NCBI GenBank assembly: GCA_017654855.1 | Contig: CM030338.1 | Location: 1,054,001 to 1,118,000 of the forward strand | Direction of reading: 5' to 3' | From: Podospora anserina | Taxonomy: Eukaryota | Length of the DNA stretch: 64,000 nucleotides | Shown here: positions 27,020 to 40,599 of the stretch, piece by piece | How the letters are laid out: each line of letters starts with the position of its first letter | Position numbering within the stretch: the first letter of the stretch is position 1 | The notes under the pieces: generated by a model | Seen by the model: only the letters and a program-made list of their open reading frames with translations | Told to the model about the DNA's origin: nothing | Database searches by the model: none | Made by a program: the position numbers and the translations under genes

Positions 27020-28636
27020 TTATTCGGAATCTTTGCGGGTGGTTTCATATCTGAAGCGGGACATGTTAGCAAAGGGAAGTCATAATCAGTAGATCCAAGA
27101 ATAGCTTACCTCTTGCCTCTGAATGCCCAGACGCCCCAGTTGCCGGCACTGACGTCCTGGGGATCAAGATCGTTCAAATCCCACCGAAGACTGCGGAACC
27201 GGTTCTCACCAGGCTCCAAAAGCATGTCGAATTCACCATGAGCTGTCTTGTTGACCCACGCAACATCGCGCTCCATATCCTCCTGCGTGTAGCCAGTGAC
27301 AATGATGGGGGCCTTGGTTTCCAGAAGCATGGGAAGCGTCTCTACCCACTCATGGGAGCTTGCTGGGTGACCCAGACCGGGGTGAAACATGACGAAGCAG
27401 TCAAAGTAGGGGTCGTAAGGGTAGAAGTGACCGGTCTTGTGGAGGGTGTGGTAGTAGTCCACGATGGTGCTGATCTTCATGGTAGGCCAGACCCGGTCCT
27501 CGACGATGGCACCGAAGGGGTTGGTGGCAGTCCGAGGGGGCAGCGGGAACTCGTTGTCTCGGTTGGTCATGCTCTCAGGGCCAATAAAGATCAGGTGAAT
27601 GCGGGAGCCCGGGAACACATGTGCGAGTTGCACCCAAACATCTCGAGGAAGAGACGACTCGGCCCGGGCACCGAGAATGAACAGACGAACAGGTGGGGCC
27701 TCTACCCGAAGGCCCTTGATGTCCATGCCACCGCCGTTTTTAGGTGGGTGAAGAGTGTATCGAAGAGCTGGGAGTAGGTTAGATGACTCATATATCAAAT
27801 CCCCAATGCCAAGGGCGACACCTACCGCTGAAGCTCTTCAAACCCTCTGCAGTCAGCCTTCCTCCAGATTTGAGATTGTATGGACTAAGCTCATGAAGCA
27901 CGCTGGCAATTGTGACGGGATAAGTGAGTAACCTCGTGGCCTGTCTCATGCTCCTATCATCATCAATGGCGAGGAAGGAGCGGGTATATAAAAAGGTATC
28001 CCAGTTGGTCATGTTGATCAGAGCTTCGTCTATTTGTGGCCCAGCATATTCGAACTCGGGGAAAAAGCGGCCGGACCGCAGATCGTGGTCGTCCTCGTTG
28101 ATTTGCCTCAGTGTATCGCATATTTCCAGGTGCTTCTCATAGTCGTCAGCCCAGTGCTCCTTGGAGCAGGACACTGGAATACCACAGTCAGGGCATTCGA
28201 AGTCGACATGGGCAGGTGCCAGGTTCCCATGGGGCTGGTGGTCGGGGTGGTTGCAGCGGGCATACTGCCTCATGAAAGCCGCTCTTTTCCGGATCTCGGG
28301 AATGGGAGAGTTGGTGAACGAGTGGAAGAGGTCATCGGCTTCCAGAACTCTTTTCTTCTCGGTCTTGGTGGGTGCGGGCGCACTGGATCCAAAGGCAAAG
28401 CCAGAAGAGAAGCGCTTCGTAACGGAGGTTGGAGCAGGCTTGGGGACATTGCTATCGACGGCAGCTCGTGGAGGGGGGCATTTGCTATGGACGGAGCGTT
28501 GTTGCTGCTGTCGTTGTGAGGCCTGAAAAAGGCCATTGGGTAACCTGGCTCCGGCTTGTCTCCTGAAAGAGACTGAGCAGTGTGAACACACTCTCGACAG
28601 CGCTGAGCGTGCCGCAAGATCTGCCGGAAGCGCCAT
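27020..28636 (-). CDS. MSS51: Mitochondrial COX1 translational activator/assembly factor Mss51
   Basis: Basic presequence, Zn-finger FECPDCGIPVSCS, LRQINEDDHDLRSGRFFPEF, ILGARAESSLP and FHPGLGHP. Introns 27825..27768 and 27109..27051; last exon YETTRKDSE*. Confidence 0.93.
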
Positions 28637-29058
28637 TGGGAATTTGGTGATGTCTCACGATTGACTTTTTGGAGCTCTTGGAGGTTCAAGAGCTCTGACG
28701 GGCAGTTAACTTGGCGCTCACCAATCAATGCAGATTAGCTGACCCCACATGGGAGCAACACCATGGAGAGGCCGCACTGTGTAAAATCTCCATACGTTGG
28801 CGACTCTCACAGTATGAGAAATGACGGAGCACGGTCTCAACTCTTGGCTTGGAGAAACGCGGTGCTGTCAAGCGCAAGCGCGGGGCGTGGTTGACCAGCT
28901 TCCTGCATCTCAATATTTTTTTGCCTGCCACTGGATTTGGTCCGTCCTCATATTCACACCGACTTCTCTAGCACAAACATCGCTAGTTTTGATTCTGAGT
29001 CTGTCAAAGTCGATTTCTCCCAAAGAAGCCGCGCCGGCTTTCTGCGCGCCGAGCAATC

Positions 29059-32000
29059 ATGGCGACCACCTCTAACATGTTCCTGTACTCGTTGACGATC
29101 CAGCCGCCAACCACGATATCGCAAGCGTTGCTGGGCCAGTTCTCGGGAACCAAAGAACAACAAATCATCACCGCCTCTGGCTCTCGCCTCACATTACTCC
29201 AACCAGACCCACGGCAGGGCAAGGTCAACACTATTCTATCACAGGATGTCTTTGGAATTATTAGGGCCATTGCGTCCTTCCGCCTTGCTGGCAGCCACAA
29301 GGGTAAGTCGCACTGTTGTCTTTCCCCCTACCTCAGTATCTTGGACACTTAGTGATTCGGTATCCGCTCCGCAGCTGTGGCGGCATGATGATCCTCCGCC
29401 TTGACTCGAAGCGGCCGTCCTCGGATCCATCACAGAGGGCCTTTGCGACGAGCCTTTGCTAAAAATTCATATGAGCCTAGACTACATCATCCTCGCGACA
29501 GACTCGGGCCGTATCGCTATCATCGAGTACCTGCCCAAGACCAACAGGTTTAATCGCATCCACCTAGAGACCTTTGGAAAGTCGGGTGTTCGACGTGTTG
29601 TACCTGGCCAATATCTTGCCGCCGATCCCAAAGGAAGAGCCTGTTTGATTGCCTCGCTCGAGAAGAACAAGCTTGTCTACGTCCTTAATCGCAACGCCCA
29701 AGCAGAGCTCACCATCTCCTCGCCATTGGAAGCACACAAGCCCGGTGTCTTGGTGCTTTCGCTCGTCGCCCTCGATGTTGGATACGCCAACCCTGTGTTT
29801 GCAGCCCTGGAGCTCGACTACACCGAAGCAGACCAGGACCCGACTGGGCAGGCTGGTCAGGAGCCAGAAGCACAGCTTGTATACTACGAACTCGATCTCG
29901 GTCTGAACCATGTGGTTCGCAAGTGGTCTGACGCGGTGGACCCAACCTCTTCGTTACTTTTCCAGGTTCCCGGCGGCAGCGATGGTCCTAGTGGTGTTCT
30001 GGTCTGCGGCGAGGAAAATGTTACTTATCGGCACTCGAATCAGGAGGCTTTCCGCGTACCAATTCCACGACGGCGGGGTCCTACCGAGGATCCCCAGAGA
30101 AAGCGAACCATTGTCTCGGGCGTCATGCACAAGCTCAAGGGCAGCGCAGGTGCCTTTTTCTTTTTGCTGCAGACAGAAGATGGGGATCTCTTCAAGGTCA
30201 CGCTGGATATGGTCGAGGACGACAATGGGAACCCCACCGGAGAGGTGAAACGACTCAAGATCAAATACTTTGATACGATTCCAATAGCCACAAGCTTGTG
30301 CATTCTCAAGAGCGGTTTCCTCTTTGTGGCAAGCGAGTTTGGCAACCATTCTCTGTACCAATTCGAAAAGCTCGGCGATGATGACGAGGAACTCGAGTTC
30401 TCGAGCGAGGAGTTCCCAACAGACTCTCGTGCCGCGTACAATCCGGTATACTTCCAGCCTCGCCCACTCGAAAATCTGACTCTAGTCGAGAGCATCGACT
30501 CGATGAACCCTCAAATAGATTGCAAAGTGGCGAACTTGACAGGAGAGGACGCGCCGCAAATCTACTCGGTGTGTGGTAACGGTGCGAGAAGCTCTTTCCG
30601 TATGCTTAAGCATGGGCTGGAGGTATCAGAAATTGTTGCCTCGGAACTCCCTGGCACACCTGCTGCAGTCTGGACGACCAAGCTCACAAAGTACGACGAA
30701 TACGATGCTTACATTGTTCTTTCGTTCACCAACGCGACATTGGTATTGAGCATTGGCGAAACCGTCGAGGAAGTTAGTGACAGCGGATTCCTCACCACTG
30801 TGCCAACATTGGCTGTCCAACAGCTGGGCGAGGAAGGTCTTATTCAGGTTCACCCCAAGGGCATTAGACATATTGTCCAAGGTCGTGTTAATGAATGGCC
30901 AGCGCCTCAGCATCGGTCGATTGTGGCTGCCGCTACCAATGAGAATCAAGTCGTCATTGCTCTGAGCTCGGGCGAGATTGTGTACTTTGAGATGGATGCA
31001 GATGGATCTCTCGCCGAGTACGACGAGAAGAAGGAAATGTCTGGTACCGTCACGTCTTTGAGTTTGGGAAGGGTACCGGAAGGCTTACGGCGGAGTTCGT
31101 TCTTGGCTGTTGGGTGTGACGACTGCACTGTGCGCATTCTCAGCCTCGACCCGGAATCCACCCTCGAAATGAAGTCGATCCAGGCTCTTACAGCGGCGCC
31201 GGCATCGCTTTCCATCATGTCTATGGAAGACTCGTTCGGTGGCACCACCCTATATCTGCATATCGGCTTACACTCTGGTGTCTACCTCCGAACTGTGTTG
31301 GACGAGGTCACTGGTGAGCTTACGGACACCCGTCAAAAATTCTTGGGCCCCAAGCCCACCAAGCTCTTCCAGGTTTCTGTGCAGGGGCGGCCATGTGTGC
31401 TCGCCCTGAACTCCCGCCCATGGTTGGGCTACACGGACCCTATTACCAAGGGTTTCGTAATGACACCGCTGAGCTATGTAGATCTTGAGTATGGATGGAA
31501 CTTTAGCAGCGAGCAGTGTCTGGAAGGCATGGTGGGTATCCACGCCAATTTCCTCAGGTACGTTTTTAATCTCTTTCTACTTCCGCTGCTGTATGATGAT
31601 AAAAGGGATTCCTATGCAATTGCTATGAGGGTTGATTACGACGCCAGTCGTATCAATTGTTCCTTCTGAAGAAGCTGTTTTATACCTTGTTTCGATACTT
31701 TGTTGGTAGTTTTCTTGCTAACTGGAGAGTTAGAATCTTCACCATCGAGAAGCTCGGGGACAACATGATCCAAAAGTCCATTCCTCTGACCTATACACCA
31801 AAGCGCCTGGTCAAACACCCCGAGCAGCCCTACTTCTACACCATCGAAGCCGACAACAATACTCTCCCACCGGAGCTCCGGGCGCAGCTGCTGGCTCAGT
31901 CTAATACTAATGGTGACGCAGCCATTCTGCCGCCAGAGGAGTTTGGCTATCCCAAGGCCAGGAACAGGTGGGCATCGTGTATCAGCATTGTCGACCCTGT

Positions 32001-33102
32001 CAGCGATGAGCCAAGCGTTCTCAACCGTGTCGACCTCGACAACAACGAAGCCGCCATCAGTGCTGCCGTTGTGTCGTTTGCCAGCCAAGACGGCGAGAGC
32101 TTCCTTATCGTTGGTACCGGCAAGGACATGATTCTCAGCCCTCGCCAATTCAGCGAAGGCTACATCCATGTCTACCGCTTCCACGACGATGGCCGTGACT
32201 TGGAATTCATCCACAAGACCAAGATTGAAGAACCCCCCATGGCGCTCATCCCCTTCCAAGGCCGTCTCCTCGCCGGCATTGGCAAGACGTTGAGAATCTA
32301 TGATCTTGGTCTCAAGCAGCTTCTCCGCAAGGCCCAAGCCGAGATTGCCCCTCAGCTTATCGTGTCGTTGCAGACGCAAGGTAACCGTATCGTCGTCGGT
32401 GATGTCCAGCAGGGGATTACCTACGCCGTCTACAAACCCGAAAGCAACAAGCTCCTTGCGTGGGCGGATGACACCATCAACCGATGGACGACCTGCACAG
32501 CCATGGTCGACTACGAATCCGTCGCCGGCGGAGACAAATTCGGCAACGTCTGGATTTTGCGGGCTCCCGAGCGCGCCTCCCAGGAGTCGGACGAGCCCGG
32601 CTCGGAAATCCAACTCGTCCACGCAAAGAGCTACCTCCACGGCGCACCCAATCGGACCGCTCTCATGGCGCACTTTTACACTCAGGATCTTCCTACGTCG
32701 ATCACCAAGACGAATCTTGTTGTGGGCGGGCAGGATGTTTTGCTCTGGAGCGGGATTCAGGGGACGGTGGGGGTGCTGATCCCGTTTGTGAGCAGGGAGG
32801 ATGTGGATTTCTTCCAGAGCTTGGAGAGTCACATGAGGGCCGAGGATCCGCCGCTTGCCGGGAGGGATCATTTGATTTATCGGGGGTATTATGTGCCCGT
32901 CAAGGGGGTGATTGATGGGGATCTGTGCGAGAGGTTTGCGCTGTTGGCGAATGACAAGAAGCAGATGATTGCTGGGGAGCTGGACAGGAGCGTGAGGGAG
33001 ATTGAGAGGAAGATTTCGGTGAGTTTCTTTTGTGAAGTCTGATGACGATTTGAGGATTGTGCTAACTGGTGATAGGACATCCGTACGAGGTCTGCATTCT
33101 AG
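29059..33102 (+). CDS. RSE1: U2 snRNP SF3b subunit Rse1/SF3B3
   Basis: [51 protein letters not shown] and [12 protein letters not shown]. Introns 29303..29480, 31558..31733 and 33019..33075; the protein ends DIRTRSAF*. Confidence 0.97.
31585..31675 (+). ncRNA. Intronic box C/D snoRNA, snR41/U62-like (predicted guide for the 18S Am541-equivalent)
   Basis: Box C ATGATGA 31593..31599, D' ATGA 31625..31628, C' TTGATTA 31632..31638, D CTGA 31666..31669. Guide CAATTGTTCCT (31654..31664) is complementary to 18S AGGAACAAUUG (recalled), and the D-5 base pairs with the A after GG. Short terminal stem GCTGCT/AGAAGC. Confidence 0.8.
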
Positions 33103-33568
33103 TACACTGACTGGGGAATTAGAGATGTCTATATGGGGGGTGGGGGAACGTACCTATATGCGGAGACTTGTTTCGAGGTAGCCATAATGTCTGTCAGCAC
33201 CAGCGTCAGAAAAACCAAAAGCGAGTTGCTTTTTTTGTTAAAGAGTCTGGAGTTGAGCAAGGGGCAGGCTTTAGGCGTTTGTGGTAGTGTAATTGAGCAT
33301 GTTTATCAAGGCCTTTTAGTTGTGTGAGTATGCTTCAAACTTGCAAATGAGTGTGTGCTCTTTTCGAAAGATGTCAATCCAAGCCACCAACCATGCACGC
33401 CTTTAAGCCACTAAAATCTACCGTCGACTATGTGTACATATCCCTTCCCAAGTAACCTTACCCCTGTCCCATGCCATTCCCACCATAAATATATCCCCTT
33501 CATATATCCATCCCATCTCATACTCCATATCTTACACCCCCCTCACCCCACCCCATCCCCAGGGGATA

Positions 33569-34588
33569 CTACCCCCCCAACAAACCCCCCACCAACCCCC
33601 TCACCACCTTCCTCTTCCCCTGCTTCATCACATCCCCCTTCCTCATCGGATTCTCCCTTTCCCATCTAACATCATCGCTATATCTACCCACCGCCTCGTG
33701 AAAGTCATACCCCGCCCCCTCGAGGTAAGTGACCGCGATGTCATAGTCATGCTCCTTTGTGGCGACCATCCAACGACGTATCTTCCCTTTCCGGGCCTCT
33801 TCCTCCTCTCCCTCGTAGGGACGGGGGGAATGGGAGATTGCCCCCTTGGGGAGGTGGGAGGCTGGTATGAGGAGGGTGCGGCGGGCGTGGAGGAGTGAGT
33901 CGGTGGGGAGGGAGTTGTAGGATCTTAGGAGGGAGGAGGGGAGGTTGTATAACAGGGAGAGGGAAGGGATGCTGTCGTGGGGGGTGAGGAAGTGGAGGAT
34001 GTCTTCTTCTTCTTCTTCCTGAGGAGGGGGTTGTTTCAATTTGGGTACAGGTGGTGATGATGATGATGAAAGGGGTGTGTAAGCTGGGGGAAGATGGAGG
34101 GAGGAATAAGGGGGTGGATGAGTGTCGTCACTGAGAACAGGTGTGAGAGAGCGGGTGATGTTGTTCGGTGAAGAAGATGACGACAAAGATCTCCCTGAGC
34201 TTTGGCAGTAAGGGCAGTAGGTTAGGAAGCGGGGGTTTTTCTGTTGCACACAAAAGGGGGTTTATCGGTTAGTCTTTCTTTTCTGTCACATAGAGAGTCC
34301 AATGCCAAGAATGAAGCGGAAGAAAAAGAAGTAGCGCACAGATATGCAGTCAGCGCAGATTACGCGGGCGCAACAGGTTAATCGGTGATGCTGCTGGTGG
34401 AGTAGTAGTTTCCGATCTCCGCCTGTGAGTTGTTGGTCATCCTCGTCTTCGTCGGATAGGGGCTGCTTTTCGGATGATACGTCTTGTGGTGGTGGCGGAC
34501 GGGAGGAGATGGTGGATAAGAGGGTTGCGCATGTGCAGCAGGCCTCCTCCTCTTGCCGTCTTCCTTCTCCTGGACGTATCAATGTCAT
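33569..34588 (-). CDS. Intracellular LysM-domain protein with an N-terminal Cys-rich (RING-like) region
   Basis: CCTC, CCARVICADC and CPYC cysteines. LysM-like segment HFLTPHDSIPSLSLLYNLPSSLLRSYNSL..LLHARRTLLIP. Intron 34339..34241. Confidence 0.75.
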
Positions 34589-35946
34589 TTCTTGCGCAGA
34601 AAGAAAAGTTTGGTACAGGTGGTGGTTTCGACCGTGGAAAACAAAGGAGGCTGTGTCTAATATTCGCGGGTTGCCAGATCTGGAACCTTCGGATTCGTGG
34701 GATACTGAGAGAAGGCTAGGTTACGTTACGGGGAGGGGGGGGGGGATATGGAAAGGTTACGGAATAAGTGATGGAATTCAGGACATAACTCGCATCTATC
34801 AGAGAGGCACAGAAGGTTCGGGTGGTATTGGTGGCGGTTGACGTCTTTGAATGGCCGTGGGGGGAAAGGGTAGGTACCTCGAGGGACAGCTGTTATCGAT
34901 AAGCTGAGACATGCCTGCACAAAACCCCAGGCACCCCAGCAACCTACCCCACTTTACCCCGCGGACATCTCGAACCTCGAATCTGAACAAAAGACATGAA
35001 GAAGAGAAAAAAAGCGGAATATCTCCGAACGTTTCCTTTCACCCTTTCCAGTGAGACGTCCCCATAATCCCAATATCATGGGGACATCCCGCATGGGGAG
35101 GGGGGCATTGGGATCACCAGATCCGAGAAAATCCTAGCAAGCATCCTCTGTCAAAGCCTTACACAGTAAGTTTGATGACAAGTCGACACCGCTTTGCGGG
35201 GTTCGGTCGAATCTGAGCCGTCAAAAAAAACAAAAAACATCGTTGTATTCGATGACTGGACGAGACGACGATCATTGGCCGCTGCGCGCGGCGGCCCGTC
35301 CAGGGTTAGAGCTCTTCCATGTGACTGGGTTGCCAATCGGCATTTTTACTGTGCAGTAGTTTTGTGTTCTCCTTCCATGGGCCCGGTGTGGACAGCGCCG
35401 AGACGCCAGCGGTGATGCGGTGAGATGGGGACATCATGCACCTATTCCTGAACGGGCCATTCAGCCATCCGGTTGGGCCCTGCCCTGGGGGGGAGGCTGG
35501 CCTGCTGGCTTGCTGGGCCTGACCAGGGCTTCCGTCTCTTTGGGATCTGTTGTTCCCCTCAAATGGCTTACGGCGGCTTGCGCGGGGGGGAGGAGGGGGG
35601 GAGGAGAGGGGGAGGCGCGTGTTTGTTTTTGTATCACGGCAACACGGCCTACTGTGTCCGGAAATCTATGGCTTTTTGTCCCATGTTGCAAGCTGGGGGA
35701 TCTTAAGGGGAAGGGATGGGGGGCGAAGAAGAAGGGGGTTGCGGGGCTAGCCGCAAGGTGTCAGTGAAAAGCTCGGTGGGTCGGCTCTAGATTCCGTGTG
35801 TCCATGGATGTCGCAACTGCTTCTTCAGTCCCCTAGTCCCTGGTGGCTGGCACTTGAAACCTGGGAGCTTCGGGTATTTGAGGACAGGAGGTCCCGGCTC
35901 GCACGAGGGAGATGCTTTCGTCCCCGTTCCTGGGAAGCTCGTTGCT

Positions 35947-36036
35947 CTCTCTCTGCTCTCTCTGCTCTCTCTGCTCTCTCTGCTCTCTCTGCTCTCTCTG
36001 CTCTCTCTGCTCTCTCTGCTCTCTCTGCTCTCTCTG
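35947..36036 (+). repeat. (CTCTCTCTG)10 perfect 9-mer tandem repeat about 110 nt upstream of the esterase ATG
   Basis: Read directly from the sequence. Confidence 0.95.
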
Positions 36037-36147
36037 TTGCTCTCCCCGAACCCCAGGGTCCGCCAAGAGATATTCAAGAGAAAACCAGTTGCTAGTCAGC
36101 GAGAGCTAAGCTCCCTTAGCTGAGTGGCAATCTGAACGTCACAAGCC

Positions 36148-37137
36148 ATGGCGGTAAGTCTTCAGTTCTCCAAGTCGATATCGACTCTGTATGGGAATGT
36201 AGGGCTGATAACGGATGCAACCGTGACCCCGCCAGGCCTCCTATCCTCAAATCGTCCTCTTTGGCGATTCTATCTTTCAGGGAGCTATCGACCTAGTAGA
36301 CGGCTTCTCCTTCCACGCTGCCCTGCAATCAAGTTAGTAGCAATATCTCGTTCTTGAGCTGAGATTCTCAGGGCTAATAAGGTTGTCTTTTTCCCCCGTA
36401 TCAGAAGTCAACCGTCGATATGATGTTATCAACCGCGGGCTCTCAGGCTACAACACATCAAATGCCCTGGCCGTCTTACCTCAGGTCTTCTCCCCGCCTG
36501 GTCCGGGCGTGCCGAAGATTGAGTGCCTGGTTTGTTGAGCTTGGATGAAACCCGTGTATGGCGCCTACTAATCATGAGCGGCCAGTTCATCCTCCTTGGG
36601 GCCAATGATGCTTGCGTCCCATTGCCCACAAACCACCAGCATGTTCCCCTCGACAAGTACAAGATCAACTTGAAGCGGATCATCACACATCCTACCATCA
36701 CAGCCCACAAGCCCAAGATTTTCCTCATCACCCCACCGCCCCTTGACCAGATCCGTATCACCGAGCTTGACCTCGCTTCCGGGCACCCTTCGGCGACAAG
36801 GCATGCCAAGATCAGCGCGTCATATTCAGAGGCTGCCAGACAAGTGGCCGCCGAGAACGCCGGTGTTACCCTGGTTGATCTCTGGAAGGCCATAATGGAC
36901 ACTGCCATCAAGAAGACGCCGTCCTTCAACCCTAACGGCCCACCTCTCGGGTATCCAGAGGGACAGCGTGGCTATCTAGAGCACCTCTTGCCAGACGGTC
37001 TCCACCTGAGCCCCGAGTCGTACCGCATCTTCTACGATCTTGTCAGCTCGTATATTGACTCAAACGATGAGAACAGAGTGCTTCCAGAGTGGAGACAGGC
37101 GCCGTGGTTGGAGGAGGATGGCCATCTGAAGGGTTGA
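36148..37137 (+). CDS. SGNH/GDSL hydrolase, isoamyl-acetate esterase (Iah1-like)
   Basis: Four exons give IVLFGDSI (block I), NRGLSGYNT (II), LGANDA (III) and DGLHL (V). The first coding exon is only ATG GCG. Confidence 0.85.
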
Positions 37138-38650
37138 GGTTGAGGTTGCCGTTGTATCCTATCAATCCTGTCACAGGTCTCAAATGGACAAGACCCTGGA
37201 AACGGCGGGGGGTCCACCAGATAAAGTCTTGCCAAGACATTCTCGAATGGTACCTTGGCTTGGGTGGGTACCGTGTACATACCTTTAGGTACTTTCTTTG
37301 CTTTCAATCTCATCACACGTTTATGTTTACCGCAAACGAACAGTGCCGGCCTCTGGTGAAGAATCCAGTACAGAACCAAGCCGCTAACTTAACCATGGCT
37401 ACAGCAAACTGGACGGGATCCTGCAGAGAGAAAAGAACCGTGCGTGCCGGGAGCATTCAGGACAGTGTTGTCAAGTAACTCTACCTACTTTAGACTTCTT
37501 CAGCACAGACAGCTAGCTTAGTCATGGGCTGGAAATGGTTTAGGGTCCCATCCTCCCTTCCATCACTTTTTCAGACGCCGCAGTTTGTTGTTGTTTAAGC
37601 CGACCCAACCTCCACAACCTCCACTGATTGGACCTTGTTGGCCCTGACGGCGACTCTCTGAGCAAAGCAAATCAACTGTGTGTCCTGAACCACTGCCCTC
37701 TCTCAGCTGGCTGCCCTCTGCACCATCACCGAGCATCCCAGACCGAACATTGATTTCGACGGTACTTTTAATAAACCCAGAAGGGGTCCATTAATAATCA
37801 CCAAACCACGACCACGACCACGACCACGACCGACGGAAACACGCCCCCTGCATTCCCCAACCATCCACCACCCGGCAGTGCCTCTTTGTTTCGACGCGAC
37901 AAGATCTGGCGGCGTACCTCGAAACACCACCTCATCGTTTCCTGCCTGGTGTTTCCTCTCTCTGCATTCTCTGGGCTCGCTGATCTGCGGGAGCTCACAT
38001 CTGCAACTCTATTTTCTCGATTGTGCACACCTCCAACGCATCGTGTCCCCCGATCTCCCACAATCCTTCATTTGCACCGTTGCCGCCCTTGAACAGGGAC
38101 CATCTGAGCACCACTTTCTCTCCGAACCCATCGTGTTCCCACCGTGACCTCTGACCCACGATTCTCGGGGTGTCCATCCGATCACCACTTGGCGATTTCT
38201 TACCTTCCCTTTAGCGAGTAGGTTCCGGATTCCCCCTACGGTCGCTCCGACTTTTCGACGGACCAGCAAGCACTCCCGACGTCGAACTAGTAGCTGTCAA
38301 CGACTCACTGTATCGACGGTAGCAGTCAAACGCCGGAATTCATCCTACCTGGAAGCCTCGGGGGATGCGGGGGGCGGAGGACCTCGATAGTTGAAGCAGG
38401 TCAAGCATCGAGGTCGAGCAAATAAACCAAATACACACCACAAAAAGATCGAGTCCCAAATCAAGTTGTTTCTGTCGTCCGGATTTTCTCGAAAACATTT
38501 GCCCAGCAACATCTGTCTGAGGTCCCTCCTCCCGCGCACCACCCCCCCCCCTCCCCTTCTCCCCCCTCCCCCGCCGGCTGTTGCGTGCTAGAACGAATCC
38601 ATTCGATTCTCAGAATCCTCTCAGAGTCTCTCCTACATTCTTGTCTGGGC

Positions 38651-40599
38651 ATGGAGCCGGTCTTCATAGTCTCACGCGAAGAGTTCCACGATGTTCAGAT
38701 GGAGCTGAAGCGTGTTCAGAACATACAGCACCATCACTCGGAACGGCTACGGCTCATTGAGCAACGTCAGGCTGATGATGCGGCCTTGAAGTCATGCTGG
38801 AATCCTCCCTTTCCAAGCGTGCTTGGGGGAACGCCTCAGCATGGTCAGTGTCTATGATTAAACAGTCGGGAAGACATAATGCTAATCGTGAGATAGGGCC
38901 CACCCATATGCCGTCGGCCGACTTCAGCGACATTGACGACGAACAGAGTCAGACCCTGCTAGGCACTTTGCAGCTCGATGCCGAGGACGAACCGATACGC
39001 AGAGGGGCTGCTTCGCGGGCCAATAGCGTGCGGTTCGACGAAAGTGCCCTGCACGGTGCCGGCTTTGGAGGCCATGCCATTCGCCACTCCAACGACTTTG
39101 GTCCCATACGTCCGTCGAGCGGGATGGGAGGACACCAGTTGGAACGGACATATTCTCACAAGTCGGATGGCAGACATAGTTCCGCTGGACATTCGGTCCA
39201 CTCTGGAATTTCTGGGAGAGCCAGCAGTCTCGGACTGGATACCAACTTTGTGATTGGGGGCCGTGACGACGATGAGTCGCCCTTAGATATCCCCGAGCCC
39301 CCACCCGTTTTTTATGTCTTGGGCTCTGCCCCCTCCATTATCCGCTGCTGGATCACGACCGACTTCACGTCCGAAGGGTTGTTGTATGCCGTGGTGTGCA
39401 CTGGGTCTCAAAAATCGACGGTTGAGTACTCGCTGCTTCGAGATCTGGACCTGGTCAACAACATCCATCGGGATGTGGATGGTGCTCACAGAATCACACT
39501 GCCAGTTTTTCTGGCTGAGGCCCGGGTTACCCAGTCCAACTCCCGCGGCGGAAGTCCTGCATCACAGCTGCCTAGTATCACAGCCAACTTTGAAGTCACG
39601 GGCATGGACCAACAAGACAGCCCCGAGACCAAAAGAGCGATCCGTGTGTTCATCGGCAGCCACACGCTGCGGCTTCTCAGTGCCGACCTGTTGCTGTCCC
39701 AAAACTGCATGACTCTGTACGGCAATGACCGGAACAAGCTTTCGATTCCGTTTGTGCGGCCCGAGGACGATGCCGTATTCAAGCATTTGACTACAGCCAA
39801 CCTGCTTCCAGGCAAGCCGAAGCTCAACGCTGCCGCACCCGAGTTTGTTGCTGGTGACAAAACGGCAAGGCGCTCTCCCAAGGTGGCGGCGGAGCCGGAG
39901 CGTCCAGTATCCAAGCCTATGGGGGGTGGTTCTGAGGGTGTAGTGTCTCCCGCCGCGCAGCCGAGCCAACCTGTGTCCAAACCTGTGACGGCGACGAGTA
40001 CCGCATCGGAGAGTGGAGCGGAGAGTGAGAAGCAGCACCAGGAATCGAAGAGCACGGAAACGTCTGGAAAGGATTCACACGCAACAACCGATGCCCCACG
40101 CCGCGAACCCAGCCTTGCTATCAGAACACCCTGGCGGCAGACGGCGGTAGGACTTTCTGAGAACGGCACTCCCTTGAGTGGTTACCAGCCAGCACCCCGC
40201 ACGCGCTCTATGAAGGTGCTTCGACCACCCAAGGCTAGCAGCAGCACCTCATCCTCGGCACGAACAGGAGCGGCATATGAGCCAGCGCCGACGGCACGTT
40301 CAGGAAATGAGCAACGGCGCAAGGGCCAGAGTGACGCCCAACCCCCCATTGGTATGAATAGCTGGGGTATGTCGAAGCGCAGCATGAGCGGCCCAGCTCT
40401 CAGCAGCCTCAATTCGGAGACGAGGGTCTCCTCGGCTGCGTTCACGTCAACAATCACCACACCTACCACCAGTAGCCACCATGACGCGGGTAAAACGACG
40501 CCTTCACTTCCACGGACAGTCAACAACCCTCTTGGAAGCGCGTCGGCATTTTCGTGGATCGCATCCAACAAGCCCAAGACCCCGGCCGCTGCTGACTAG
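38651..40599 (+). CDS. Conserved fungal protein of unknown function
   Basis: Exon 38651..38843, intron 38844..38896, then a long ORF with RRGAASRANSVRFDESA and PSIIRCW...LLYAVVCTGSQKS and an S/T-rich C-terminus. Confidence 0.7.
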
